A DNA stretch of 64,000 nt. Origin: Candidatus Bathyarchaeota archaeon (GTDB lineage: Archaea > Thermoproteota > Bathyarchaeia > Bathyarchaeales > Bathycorpusculaceae). Shown piece after piece: positions 8,778-19,495 of this stretch. The DNA lies in NCBI GenBank assembly GCA_963775465.1, contig CAVZIW010000003.1, forward strand, positions 332,205 to 396,204, in the 5' to 3' direction. The first letter of the stretch is position 1; each line of letters begins with the position of its first letter. The position numbers and the translations under genes are program-made. The notes beneath the pieces are model-generated. The model saw only the letters and a list, made by a program, of their open reading frames with translations, did not search any database and was not told the DNA's origin.

Positions 8778-10808
8778 TTAAGCTTTTTTGGGTTTGAATA
8801 TTCTTTTTCTATAAATAGTCAACAGAACCAAAATTGCAATTCCTGCGACTGCAATCAAATAGTAAATAGTATTCAAGCTGTTACTGTTGTTACTGCTGTT
8901 AACCACAACAAAAGGACGCATCATCTCATTGTCTTCATGGTCTAGTATGTGGCAATGCCAAACGTAACCTGGTCCACTTGTGGGGTCAAATTGGTAGTTT
9001 GAGCCATCTTCGGAAGCAAAACGGATTCTAATGGTTGTAACCGAACCTGCATCAGCTTGAATTGTATCCTTCCAACATTGCTCATTTAACTTAGGCTTAG
9101 TAGGGGAACCCAAAAGATAGGAATCTAACGAAGAAACATTTACAGTTGTGTGATTAAGTGGCGGTTCTCCATTAAGATTAATCCAACTTTCCAGGTAATT
9201 CGCAGAATTAAGAAGTTGACGTTGGACTAGTTGAAACTGAACAAGATGTAAATGAATCGGATGTGAACCCATTGTTGGATTAACAATAACCCATTCTTCT
9301 GTTGTGCCCAATTCAGGTTTTTCAGAGGTAGGAGCACCCCAAAGTTGTCCGTCGAGTAGCAATGCTACAGTTTTTGGAAAAACGCCTTGTTCAATCAGGG
9401 TGAAGGTTCTGGTTTTTGTTGGAGCGGGTAAGGATGGAAAATCACCGTTGAGTGTTGGGTTTAGGTTAGTGGGTAATGTTTTTGGTGTCTCACCCTTTTG
9501 TGAGGCGACGGTAAATTGGGCAATTTGGCCGACTGTTTTTTTCTCATCAGCGTTTAAAAATATACCCTGATTTTGAAGCGTTACTTTTTCTCCTGGTTGC
9601 AGCTTAGAAAAGTCAACTAGTAAATCTACTCTTTCTCCAGGTGCAATTGTTAGGGAAGTAAGTTGGGCAGGAGTCTTAAGGTAACCTCCATCGCTGCCTA
9701 TTTGAGTGAAGGCCATGCTGTTGGAGAAATGTAATGTGTAGTAGCGGGAGTTTGAGCCATCCAAAATTCTGAGGCGATATTGACCTTGCTTCACATCCAT
9801 GTTTGGCCATACTTTGCCGTTAACCATAATGGTATTCCCCAGAAAAGTTGGGTTCCAATAGGGGTGAACACTGGGATCGGTGCCTTCAGAGGGAAAGTAA
9901 AGAGATCCATCGGTAAGAAAAGTTCTGTCTTGAATGACAAGCGGAATTTCATATTCGCCGCTAGGTAACAATGTTGCGATGGGATCCTCTATGCCGTTAA
10001 GGAGGTAAAAGCCTGCAAGACCTGACATGACAGTTAATCGAGTTATCCCCAATGAATGGTCATGGTACCAAAGTGTTGTGGGTGGTTGTTGATTCGGGTA
10101 AATCATAATCGCTGAATTCATATCTGTTGGTACCGCAGTGTTATAATCAGGACCATGTAACCCGTTTGCCGTCCACCATGCAAGAGGATTTCCATCTGAC
10201 GCTGAAGGAGTTTCTCCTCCATGTAAGTGAATAGAGATCGGTACAGGGCTTTGAGCATCAGTATATCCAAACGGGAATTCTGAGGCAGTTGCTGGGTTTG
10301 GCATCTCCATGCTATTTGGGTTTGCCCAATGGATAGTTGGGTCAACTTTAAACAGGTTAACTAAAGGATTGCCAGATGTGTCAACTAAATCATTTGTCCA
10401 TTTCACTTGAATAGGTATTCCTTGGTTTGCTTCGAAAGTTCCTCCTGGAGTGCTTTGAACTGAACCTAAGCTTATCCCCGAAATTGAATTGCTTGCTTCG
10501 CCTTCAAATCCCCAAACTGTAGTTAACTTAAAGTCTGTTGGTTTCCCATCGGAGTCTAGCGTAGGTAGTATTTGCTGTTTAAATTCAGTTACGTTAATTG
10601 CGTATTCTTGGCGAATTAATGTTCCTGTAGTATCAGTGATGTTTATAGGCGTGTATACAGGAGGAATTTCCAACTTATTTGTCCACTGAGGAATCGACAT
10701 TGGATCTAAAATGTTGGGAGTTTGAGCATTGACGTTTTGAACAATAATGCTTGGAATAAACCCTAACAAGAAGGTCAATATCAATACCATTGAAGCTATC
10801 TTTTTCAT
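8778..10808 (-). CDS. Secreted, membrane-anchored multicopper oxidase (CotA/bilirubin oxidase type)
   Basis: HLHG, WYHDH, HPIHLH, WHCHILDHEDNEMM; N-terminal signal peptide, C-terminal TM helix followed by basic tail. Confidence 0.95.
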   Translation of the reverse strand: MKKIASMVLILTFLLGFIPSIIVQNVNAQTPNILDPMSIPQWTNKLEIPPVYTPINITDTTGTLIRQEYAINVTEFKQQILPTLDSDGKPTDFKLTTVWGFEGEASNSISGISLGSVQSTPGGTFEANQGIPIQVKWTNDLVDTSGNPLVNLFKVDPTIHWANPNSMEMPNPATASEFPFGYTDAQSPVPISIHLHGGETPSASDGNPLAWWTANGLHGPDYNTAVPTDMNSAIMIYPNQQPPTTLWYHDHSLGITRLTVMSGLAGFYLLNGIEDPIATLLPSGEYEIPLVIQDRTFLTDGSLYFPSEGTDPSVHPYWNPTFLGNTIMVNGKVWPNMDVKQGQYRLRILDGSNSRYYTLHFSNSMAFTQIGSDGGYLKTPAQLTSLTIAPGERVDLLVDFSKLQPGEKVTLQNQGIFLNADEKKTVGQIAQFTVASQKGETPKTLPTNLNPTLNGDFPSLPAPTKTRTFTLIEQGVFPKTVALLLDGQLWGAPTSEKPELGTTEEWVIVNPTMGSHPIHLHLVQFQLVQRQLLNSANYLESWINLNGEPPLNHTTVNVSSLDSYLLGSPTKPKLNEQCWKDTIQADAGSVTTIRIRFASEDGSNYQFDPTSGPGYVWHCHILDHEDNEMMRPFVVVNSSNNSNSLNTIYYLIAVAGIAILVLLTIYRKRIFKPKKA

Positions 10809-11062
10809 TTTTAGTCTCTTAAAAACAGTATCTACTACTACCTTAGCTCCACGGAATATTTAAGAATAATGCGAAACCAATTATTTTTCGTTAGTGGCGG
10901 ATATTTTTGAGAATTATTTAACAACTTTTATTTTTTCAATATTACTGTATTGCTTGTTAGAAATAGAAATTTCATGTTTTCTACGAAAAATAAAACGAGT
11001 TGAAGGCAGAAAATTAATATTTCGCCCTTACTCAAAACATGCGAGTGTAAGGTGAAGTAGAG

Positions 11063-11275
11063 TTGAGTTTTGGAGGGCTGAAAGAATTAAGCGCGATTCA
11101 GCAAGCATTAGTTTTTGGTTTGTTGCTGTTGTCGATTTTAACGATCTATTATGTTGACATTAGTTGGACCTTCAAGTTAGGAATAGGCGTTTTGACGTTT
11201 GCACTTATTTTCTTAGTAATATCTGCAACTGCACTACTTAGGCAACAAAAAGAAATGAGAAAAGCCCAATCTTAA
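11063..11275 (+). CDS. Small two-TM membrane protein
   Basis: Two hydrophobic segments; AGGTGA SD. Confidence 0.65.
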   Translation: MSFGGLKELSAIQQALVFGLLLLSILTIYYVDISWTFKLGIGVLTFALIFLVISATALLRQQKEMRKAQS

Positions 11276-11594
11276 ACAATTCCTTTTGTCTGTCACTTTC
11301 AATGTCCTCCCCATTATTGCTTAATGTTGTTATGATGCAGCTTAAATCAGCAAAAACGAGAGAAAACTCTTCGTGAAGAAAAGAGACAAAAGCAATGCGG
11401 CAGAATCTTGTTAAACCATCCGTTGTTTAAACGACCAAAACTAAAAAGTGTTTTTCATTGAACATACCTGGTGTGATGAGCTTTTTTCAAGGTTTGCTCA
11501 ATGCGGTTTTGTTGTCCTTTTTGTGTCACCCTCCGTGCTTTTTTCACAATGAAACAATCTGTCGACACAAGTTTGATGAATGCAAAAGAATTAT

Positions 11595-11846
11595 TCAAAA
11601 TTCAGTTGAATCCTCTGGCTGTCTGATCCAGACTTTAACATTACTTTGGAGCCGGATTCTTCCTTCTGTCTGCATGAGCTTTATTTGCGTGTGAACAAAC
11701 CTATCATCTTCACAATTAAATTCTTTCTTTACAACATCTTCAAGCTTAGGTAGCGAGATGTGTTCGACCGCGCCAACAATATCCCAGAAATGAACCTGAA
11801 TCTTTTGCCTCTTCTTCTGATATTCAATTTCAGAAGGTTTAACCAT
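11595..11846 (-). CDS. Small hypothetical protein, possible winged helix
   Basis: Likely start MVKPSE at 11846; helix-helix-EGRI-beta-hairpin pattern. Confidence 0.5.
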   Translation of the reverse strand: MVKPSEIEYQKKRQKIQVHFWDIVGAVEHISLPKLEDVVKKEFNCEDDRFVHTQIKLMQTEGRIRLQSNVKVWIRQPEDSTEF

Positions 11847-12233
11847 ATCTGTTCTATCTCGCGCAGTAAGGCCATTCATTCTTTTCCTTATGATGCCTAA
11901 CACATTCTTCACAATTACCGTGTCGTGGGCAATCTCTATTGGGACAAGGACAATTAGGCGCTGTAACTGACATAACCAATAATTACTTGCGCTAAGAATA
12001 TATTCATTAAGTATTTGTACGAAATTTACTTCCGTGTTCAATAACATTTTTTATTGAGGGGAAAACTACCGAAATTGGCTCGCTCATTTATGGCTGAGGA
12101 TCACTGCTTTGGTGCGCATATTGTGTTGTCTAAAAAATTAGTCGTTTTTAAGTAAGATTCACTTCCCAATGTGGCGGTTTCTTTTCTATCAGGTGAATTA
12201 GTTTATCTGCTAAATGTACGAGCTTTAGAAAGT

Positions 12234-14192
12234 CTAAAGAAAAAGTGCTAGCAGCCTAAACGCTAAGCCCCCGATTAGAAGGGCGGCGCCTATGTTGGCT
12301 GCTGTAATCACCGTTGTGGCTTTCCAACCGAATTCTTTTGCGAGAATAGCCATTGTCGACAAGCACGGTATATACAGCATCGCTACAAGCGCTATAACAA
12401 TCAGCTGGATCGGTGTAAAAAAGAGACCCAGATTGGTGGAGCCAAAAATTGCTACCGCACCCAAAATAATTAGTTCTTTTCGTACCACGCCAAGAACTAG
12501 TAGAATTCCAGCAGCAGCTGGCAGTCCAAGCCACAAAACAGTCAAAGGTGACAGTGCATTGCTAATCGGCGTTATCACATTGTAGACATAGAGCGCTTGA
12601 ACCAGAGCACTGCCAACGATGTATATGGGAAAGACAATGTAGATTATTGATTTGGTTCGTGTCCAAGTTTGCTTTGCTACAATCCTTATGGAAGGTCTTT
12701 TGAAAGAACTCATTTCCATGATTAAGCCTGTAGATTTACCGGGAACAACCTTCATGGCGACTCTGCCTAAAGCGAAGATAATGGCAATATCAACAACGTA
12801 GAGAAGTAGTGCCCATTGTATGCCGACAAATAATCCAACCATGCCGAACAGCACAATTGTTCTTGCTGAGCAAGGCGCGAATGTTATGGCAAAAGCTGCT
12901 AAAAGTCGTTCTCGTCTGGTTTCCATAATTTTACATGCGTGAATTGCTGGTACACTGCACCCATAGCCAAGAATTATTGGAATTAGTGCTTTTCCGTGTA
13001 AACCCATTTTGTGCATTGCGCTATCCATCATAAACGCCACTCGTGTTAGAACACCCGAATCTTCAACTACCGCCAAAAGAAAATAAAACGGGATAACGAA
13101 TGGGATGATCAAGGTCAAACCTGCATTGAATCCGCCCCAAACCCCATTCAGAATTATCGACAAAATTGGTTGGGATGCCGACAAAGCAGGGTCAACAGGT
13201 TTGATTACACTCAACGCCCCTGAAATTAAGTTTGATAAACCATTACCCACAAAAAACGTCCAAAGCAACAAACCAGCAATGACTCCAACTGCAGTGAAAT
13301 ATCCCAAAATATGATGAGTAGTTAACCACTCAAGCTTGTCGGAAAAAGTGCTTTTCACTTCGCTTTGTTGAAGAGCAGACGCTGCGATAGAATTCGCAAT
13401 GGCATAACGTTCAGACGCAATGACTGAAAAGCATGCTTCTTGACAAAGAGTCGACATTTCCTTCGATATTCGTAATGCAGACTCTATAGTCACCTTCGAT
13501 TGGGCGGAGACCATCTTAATAATTTCTGTATCGCCTTCCAGTAACTTTATAGCAAGCCACCGAGGCGGATAATTAAGTTGAATCCCTTCTCTTTCAACAA
13601 TATTTTCGAGCTTTTTAATGCTCTCTTCAACGTTTTTTCTGTAATTTAGAGGTTGCGTTTTGGGATGGGAAAGAGCAACATTCACCGCTTCGCCCATGAG
13701 TTCATAGATTCCCTCACCACGGGTAGCAACAGTAAACACGACTGGAACGCCCAAAGCTTCCTGCAACTTTTCTTTGTCGATAATTATGCCTTTTTTCTTA
13801 GCTTCATCCACTTGGTTTAAGCAAACAACTAATGGGGCGCCCATTTCAATTAGTTGTATTGTAAAGAAAAGGTTACGTTCAAGAATCGAAGCATCAAGTA
13901 CATTAATTACAACATCAGGCTTCTCAAGAGCTATATAATCGCGTGAAACAAGTTCTTCCATCGAAAAAGTTGAAAAAGAATAAATCCCAGGCAGATCAAT
14001 TACCCTAATATCATAACCTTCATAGTGCAAGGTACCTTCTGCGCGGTCAACAGTTTTTCCCGGCCAGTTTCCGATAATCTGATTTGAACCAGTTAACTGA
14101 TTGAAAAGCACGCTTTTTCCGACATTAGCGTTTCCAGCTAGTGCTGCAGTAAATAAATTTCTGTCTGTTTTGTTATTTTTCTTATCAGTCAG
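12234..14192 (-). CDS. feoB: Ferrous iron transporter FeoB (non-canonical start, probably CTG 14192)
   Basis: G1 GNANVGKS lies upstream of the ORF-track start; [33 protein letters not shown]. Confidence 0.95.
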   Translation of the reverse strand: MTDKKNNKTDRNLFTAALAGNANVGKSVLFNQLTGSNQIIGNWPGKTVDRAEGTLHYEGYDIRVIDLPGIYSFSTFSMEELVSRDYIALEKPDVVINVLDASILERNLFFTIQLIEMGAPLVVCLNQVDEAKKKGIIIDKEKLQEALGVPVVFTVATRGEGIYELMGEAVNVALSHPKTQPLNYRKNVEESIKKLENIVEREGIQLNYPPRWLAIKLLEGDTEIIKMVSAQSKVTIESALRISKEMSTLCQEACFSVIASERYAIANSIAASALQQSEVKSTFSDKLEWLTTHHILGYFTAVGVIAGLLLWTFFVGNGLSNLISGALSVIKPVDPALSASQPILSIILNGVWGGFNAGLTLIIPFVIPFYFLLAVVEDSGVLTRVAFMMDSAMHKMGLHGKALIPIILGYGCSVPAIHACKIMETRRERLLAAFAITFAPCSARTIVLFGMVGLFVGIQWALLLYVVDIAIIFALGRVAMKVVPGKSTGLIMEMSSFKRPSIRIVAKQTWTRTKSIIYIVFPIYIVGSALVQALYVYNVITPISNALSPLTVLWLGLPAAAGILLVLGVVRKELIILGAVAIFGSTNLGLFFTPIQLIVIALVAMLYIPCLSTMAILAKEFGWKATTVITAANIGAALLIGGLAFRLLALFL

Positions 14193-14216
14193 AATAATTA
14201 ATCACCTAGACTTTTC

Positions 14217-14930
14217 TTAACCTTGAGGATCAACGAAAACTTTTGAGGCTATACCTCTGCCTAATGCCAATTTAGAGCCTCGAACTAAAACTTGAATGGG
14301 GCCCTCGAAGGGTGCTGCTTTAATCAAGGTTATTTTTGTACTAGGGGTTAGCCCCATATCTAAGAGTCGTTGAAGAACATTATGACCGCCTCTAATGAAG
14401 GAAATTCTGCCAGTTTGTCCTTCTTTGAGTTCGCTTAAAGCAATGAGGTTTTCTCTTCTCTTACCTACTTCTTCTAGACCTTGATTGTGGAGTTGGATGC
14501 ATTCTTCGCAGCTAGAAAAAGGTAAGTTGCATGCTGGAATTGTCTCGCCATCGTCAGAACATGTATCGGGATGTTTTAAGAAACGGCATAACGATTCTTC
14601 TGCCTCGTCGGAGAGGGTATGCTCCATTTGGCAGGCTTGGGTATGGACTTTATCTTTTCCTATGTGCAAGATGTCTGACAGGAAGGTTTCAAGTAAGCGG
14701 TGTTTTCGGGCTACTTTTTTTGCTTCTTCAAGACCTTTTTCGGTGAGGGTGCTGCCGTGGTAAGGTGAGTAGTCTATGTAACCTTCGTGAGCGAGTTTCT
14801 TGAGCATTTCAGTGACGCTAGCTGGAGCTACGCCTAGTTTTTCAGAGATTTCTGTTGTGTTAACGAGTTCTTCGTTTTTTGACAAACTGTAGACAGTTTT
14901 TAAGTAGTCTTGGGTTGATTTTTGTGCCAT
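14217..14930 (-). CDS. DtxR/MntR family metal-dependent repressor with C-terminal FeoA domain
   Basis: QDYLKTVY, ASVTEMLKKL, RKHRLLETFL, ACQMEH; RLLDMGLTP...LALGRG. Confidence 0.93.
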   Translation of the reverse strand: MAQKSTQDYLKTVYSLSKNEELVNTTEISEKLGVAPASVTEMLKKLAHEGYIDYSPYHGSTLTEKGLEEAKKVARKHRLLETFLSDILHIGKDKVHTQACQMEHTLSDEAEESLCRFLKHPDTCSDDGETIPACNLPFSSCEECIQLHNQGLEEVGKRRENLIALSELKEGQTGRISFIRGGHNVLQRLLDMGLTPSTKITLIKAAPFEGPIQVLVRGSKLALGRGIASKVFVDPQG

Positions 14931-14944
14931 CTTTACTCACCTTT

Positions 14945-15000
14945 TTTAGGCATACCTAAATTTGTGGTTTAAACCTAATAAATGTTTAGGCAAGCCTAAA
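14945..15000. promoter_or_regulatory. Two DtxR/MntR-type operators flanking the promoter
   Basis: TTTAGGCATACCTAAA (14945-14960) and TTTAGGCAAGCCTAAA (14985-15000), with GGTTTAAACC between. Confidence 0.85.
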
Positions 15001-15127
15001 AAATTCTGATCAAAAAAACTAAAAAAATCATAAATCACCCAAATCCTTCAACATCACCCATCCCAGTAATGGCTAAATACTGCAAAGCCTACTTCCGTTG
15101 ATGATTCAGCATAGGTGAAACAGGAAA

Positions 15128-16465
15128 ATGGAAGACCTGCCCGAATTAGTTGCGGACTTAATTGAAGCAAGCCGCAAACACGAACAGTACCGAGATAAAC
15201 AATGCATAAACATGATAGCTAGCGAAGGACTCAAATCACCTGCAGTTAGTCAAATGCTAGATCTCTCACATGACCTCGCATCACGATATGCAGAAGGCGA
15301 AAACGACGCCCAGGGGCACGTAAAAAAACGTTACTATCAAGGGCAAAAATACATGTCCCAAATTGAAGACTGTGCAACGGACATTATGAAAAGCCTCTTC
15401 AAAGCAACTTGGGCAGATGTACGTTTAGTTTCAGGAACCCATGCAAACCTTGCAACCTTCAAAGGTTTATCGCTAGCTTCAAAAAACAATAAGATGGTGG
15501 TAACCCCGCTGAGTTGTGGTGCCCATATAAGCCACGACTACACAGGCTTAGCCGGTAACATTCTGGGTTTAGATAATATTAACCATGTTTACAATGTTGA
15601 TGAATTCAATATCGATGCCGAAAAATCTGCGTATGTCATCCGTGCTGCAAAACCAGGCATAGTCACATTTGGCGGCAGCTTGTTTCTGTTCCCACATCCA
15701 ATCGAAGAATTAAAAGAAGTTTGCCATGAAGTTGGTGCCTACATAGCCTTTGATGCTTCACATGTCTTAGGCTTAATCGCAGGTGGACAATTCCAAGACC
15801 CTCTCCATGAAGGAGCTGATTTTATCACTTCTTCAACCCACAAAACTTTCCCTGGACCCCAAGGCGGAGTTATACTAGGCAGCCCAACTACCCCTGCACT
15901 GGAGAAAGCAGTAAAGAAAATTCAATTCGCAGTTTTTCCCCTTAGTGCTTCAAGCACTCATTTAGGTAGACTGCCTGCTTTGGGAATAGCAGCCTTAGAA
16001 ATGAAGCTTTTTGGACAACAGCTTGCAAGTCAAATTGTGAAGAATGCTCAAACGGCGGCACAATATCTCTATGAAAACGGCGTCAAAGTTTTAGCTGAAC
16101 AAAAAGGCTTTACTCGTAGTCACCAAATAGCCCTTGATGTCCGAAGTTTTGGCGGTGGCAACAAAATCGCCCAAGACCTCGAAGACGCAAACATAATTCT
16201 CAATAAGAATCTCTTGCCTTACGATGACCAAAGCAGCAAAGAGAATCCCTCGGGTTTACGTGTTGGTTTTCAGGATATAACTCGTCGAGGTTTCTGTGAA
16301 GGCGACGTTAAACATCTCTGTGACCTTATGATTGATGTAATCAAAGGCAAACGCACACCTACTCAGGTCAAAATGGATGTATTAGGGCTAAAGAAAGAGT
16401 TTTGTGGCGTAAAATATGGGTTCCAAACTGTTGAAGAAGCTTTGCATTGCATAAAAAGGGCTTAA
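15128..16465 (+). CDS. glyA: Serine hydroxymethyltransferase
   Basis: INMIASE, RYAEG, GAHISH, DASHVLGLIAG, STHKTFPGPQGG. Confidence 0.96.
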   Translation: MEDLPELVADLIEASRKHEQYRDKQCINMIASEGLKSPAVSQMLDLSHDLASRYAEGENDAQGHVKKRYYQGQKYMSQIEDCATDIMKSLFKATWADVRLVSGTHANLATFKGLSLASKNNKMVVTPLSCGAHISHDYTGLAGNILGLDNINHVYNVDEFNIDAEKSAYVIRAAKPGIVTFGGSLFLFPHPIEELKEVCHEVGAYIAFDASHVLGLIAGGQFQDPLHEGADFITSSTHKTFPGPQGGVILGSPTTPALEKAVKKIQFAVFPLSASSTHLGRLPALGIAALEMKLFGQQLASQIVKNAQTAAQYLYENGVKVLAEQKGFTRSHQIALDVRSFGGGNKIAQDLEDANIILNKNLLPYDDQSSKENPSGLRVGFQDITRRGFCEGDVKHLCDLMIDVIKGKRTPTQVKMDVLGLKKEFCGVKYGFQTVEEALHCIKRA

Positions 16466-16532
16466 CGCATTTTTCTTCTTTTACCCCCTAAACATTAATT
16501 AAGATACCTTTTAATTTTAGCAATGAAAACTT

Positions 16533-16817
16533 ATGACCTTTGATCTCCTTTCAATGCTCTTCTTAATAACCGCCATAGGCATTGTGGTTTTGTTCATCTT
16601 GCTTCCAAGGTACGGTCCACACTATATCTCAAAACTAACTTGCCCAAACTGCAGAAAAAGCTTCAATTTCCATTGGGTTCCAGGTGCTACCTTGACTTCA
16701 CTTATTAACCGAAGCACTAGGCAACTGAAATGTCCATACTGCCACATAAAATCCACATATGACATAGCATCAACGAGAGTTAGCAGACAAAAAGCCGAAA
16801 CGAAAAAGAAAGCTTAA
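16533..16817 (+). CDS. Membrane-anchored zinc-ribbon protein
   Basis: N-terminal TM, CPNC...CPYC. Confidence 0.7.
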   Translation: MTFDLLSMLFLITAIGIVVLFILLPRYGPHYISKLTCPNCRKSFNFHWVPGATLTSLINRSTRQLKCPYCHIKSTYDIASTRVSRQKAETKKKA

Positions 16818-16892
16818 CGCATAAGTCTACGGCTTTTTTCAGAGAGCTTTATTATTCAGTTGTACAATCAACTTTTCCGTGGAGAATCTCTG

Positions 16893-18077
16893 ATGAAAGT
16901 ATTGTTAAACGATGGTTTAGAGAAAGACGGTTTAGCGCTCTTTAAAGAAGCTGGCATCGAAACAGACACAAGAAAACGCGATTCAGCCACTTTGATCTCG
17001 GAGATCGGTAAATATGACGCCTTGATTGTAAGGAGCGCCACTAAAGTCACCCGTGAAGTGCTCGAAGCTGGTGCGAGAGGTAAACTCAAAATAGTTGGCA
17101 GAGCCGGCGTTGGGTTTGACAATATTGATATTGTTGCTGCCTCGGAATTTGGAGTAGTTGTAAAAATTGCGCCTTATGGAAGTACCAATGCCGTCGCAGA
17201 ATTAACAATTGATTTAATGCTTAGCATCTCAAGAAAGACACCCCAGGCTCATAGTTCCCTAAAAAATGGAGTTTGGGAAAAAAACAGCCTCAAAGGAAAC
17301 GAAATCGCATACAAGACTCTGGGGCTTTTAGGTTGCGGAAGAATTGGACAAAAAGTTGCTCAAATCGCAAAACGCGGCTTTGAAATGGAAGTCATCGGTT
17401 ATGATATTAGACCGTGCTTTGAATCAGGCATCAAGTTTCTGACAAAGGACGAAGTTCTCAAAAAGGCTGATTACATAAGCATCCACACTGGAGGCAAGGA
17501 AGTAGTTGTGGGAGAAAGGGAATTTAACCTAATGAAACCGACCGCTTACATAATTAACACTTCAAGAGGGAGTAACATTGACCAACAAGCTCTATACAGA
17601 GCGCTGAAAGAAGGTAAAATCGCAGGAGCTGCAACTGACGTTTACGCTGAAGAGCCCAAAGTCGAGGGTGCAGAATTCAAAGACAAATTGATTGACTTAG
17701 ATAATGTTGTGTTAAGCAGCCACCTTGGTGCATCCACAATTGAAGCTCAACGTGAAACATCAACCGAGATTGCCCGCGTAATTTCTGGTTACCTCTTAGG
17801 TGGCGACTTCACTAACGCCATAAATGCAGGGGAAAGTATTGAGGTTGAAGAAAAAACCGTTCACACTCTGTTTATCCACCATCGAGATGTGCCAGGCGTA
17901 TTTGCAAACATCGACAAGGTTTTAGCGGATAATGACATTAATATCCGGGCAAACTATTCAAGACAAATTGGCAGAAGCGGCTATGCAATATCTGTTTATG
18001 TCCTTCACCAGAAGGTTGATGATAAGGTTCTGCAAGCTATCAAAAAAATAGATAACGTGTGTGCTGTGAAAATCTAA
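16893..18077 (+). CDS. serA: D-3-phosphoglycerate dehydrogenase with ACT domain
   Basis: RSATKVT, RAGVGFDNID, GCGRIG, NTSRG, HLGASTIEAQ, HRDVPG. Confidence 0.93.
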   Translation: MKVLLNDGLEKDGLALFKEAGIETDTRKRDSATLISEIGKYDALIVRSATKVTREVLEAGARGKLKIVGRAGVGFDNIDIVAASEFGVVVKIAPYGSTNAVAELTIDLMLSISRKTPQAHSSLKNGVWEKNSLKGNEIAYKTLGLLGCGRIGQKVAQIAKRGFEMEVIGYDIRPCFESGIKFLTKDEVLKKADYISIHTGGKEVVVGEREFNLMKPTAYIINTSRGSNIDQQALYRALKEGKIAGAATDVYAEEPKVEGAEFKDKLIDLDNVVLSSHLGASTIEAQRETSTEIARVISGYLLGGDFTNAINAGESIEVEEKTVHTLFIHHRDVPGVFANIDKVLADNDINIRANYSRQIGRSGYAISVYVLHQKVDDKVLQAIKKIDNVCAVKI

Positions 18078-18133
18078 GTCCAAAGTCTGATTCAAGCAGG
18101 AATATTAACCTCTCATTCTTCTTTTTAATTACC

Positions 18134-18814
18134 ATGCGATTAGGTGTTCTATTCTCAGGTGGTAAGGATTCTACACTTGCCCTTCACCTGGCAGAAGAAA
18201 AGGAGGAAGTAGTTTGTCTAATCACTCTTGTTTCAAAGAACCCGGAAAGCTACATGTTTCATACTCCAAACATTACCGTTACAGAGCTTCAAGCTAGAGC
18301 TCTGGGTTTGAGGTTAGTTACAGTTGGTACTGAAGGGAAAAAAGAAGAGGAACTTGCCGACTTGAAGCACGCTATTGTAGATGCAAAAACCAAATTCAAA
18401 ATAGACGGCGTAGTTACAGGAGCAGTAGAATCCGTTTACCAAGCTTCCCGGGTTCAACGCATATGCAACAAGCTGGGTTTATGGTGTTTTAACCCCTTAT
18501 GGAAGCTTGACCAAAAAATGCTTCTAGAAATGCTTATTGAAAAAAACTTCAATGCCATAATTTCTGGGGTTTTCGCTTATCCACTCGATGAGACATGGCT
18601 TGGAAAACCAATAAATGAGCAATTCATAAAGAGGATAGTTATTCTTCAGGAACAGTATGGAATTAGTCCTTCGGGAGAAGGCGGAGAAATCGAGACGACA
18701 GTTTTGGATGCGCCTCTTTTCACGCAGAAAATAGCTGTTACAGATTCGATGATTGATTGGCGGGGAAGCAGTGGCACCTTTCAGATTAAGCGCGCCAAGT
18801 TGGTGCCCAAATGA
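18134..18814 (+). CDS. dph6: Diphthine--ammonia ligase (diphthamide synthetase)
   Basis: LFSGGKDS, SYMFH, GAVESVYQ, PLW, GEGGEIET; likely ATG 18134. Confidence 0.92.
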   Translation: MRLGVLFSGGKDSTLALHLAEEKEEVVCLITLVSKNPESYMFHTPNITVTELQARALGLRLVTVGTEGKKEEELADLKHAIVDAKTKFKIDGVVTGAVESVYQASRVQRICNKLGLWCFNPLWKLDQKMLLEMLIEKNFNAIISGVFAYPLDETWLGKPINEQFIKRIVILQEQYGISPSGEGGEIETTVLDAPLFTQKIAVTDSMIDWRGSSGTFQIKRAKLVPK

Positions 18815-19359
18815 TTTTGATTGTTGACCTGAATTGGAAACGAAATTCTTTGTCTTTTTCTGAATTTGTTTCGCCAATAATTTCTGCAGTTGAAGCCTTC
18901 GAGGATTGTGAGGTCAAACACTACTTAGATATCAAGCCTACACACCTAAGCAGTTATAGCAAGACTATTCTTTCTGGGACACCTCTAAAAGATAATGCTA
19001 CCTTAAAGAACGTAGAAAAATTCATCTGGCTGACAAAATTCCACAAGCCCATTTTGGGTATTTGCGCGGGAATGCAAACCATCAACCTTGCCTTCAACGA
19101 ACCGTTAAAACCTTGCTTGCAGGTGGGAATGGCAGAAATCAAAACACTTAGAGAAAACTCCCTATTTCACGGAAATTTTAACGCTTATACTCTTCATAAT
19201 TACTCAGTTGCGTCTTCGCAAACTTTCGAAACGCTTGCAATGTCAGCCAAATGTATCCAAGCAATAAAACACAAACAAAAAAGCATCTATGGCCTTCTTT
19301 TCCATCCTGAAGTTAGAAACCCCGAAATTTTAAAACGCTTTCTGCAAATGGAAAAATAA
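18811..19359 (+). CDS. Stand-alone class I glutamine amidotransferase
   Basis: ILSG, PILGICAGMQ (Cys), FHPE (His-Glu); ATGA overlap with dph6. Confidence 0.88.
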   Translation: MILIVDLNWKRNSLSFSEFVSPIISAVEAFEDCEVKHYLDIKPTHLSSYSKTILSGTPLKDNATLKNVEKFIWLTKFHKPILGICAGMQTINLAFNEPLKPCLQVGMAEIKTLRENSLFHGNFNAYTLHNYSVASSQTFETLAMSAKCIQAIKHKQKSIYGLLFHPEVRNPEILKRFLQMEK

Positions 19360-19495
19360 CGCTACTTCCATGCAAATAAAAATGCTAACAATGGCAGGTA
19401 CTCAGGCTTGGATTTTACTGGATTTATCGATTTGTGGGTTTAGTTAAAAGTTAAATGTAAGTTTTTGTTGTAGTTTATTTAGCGGAGGATACATT

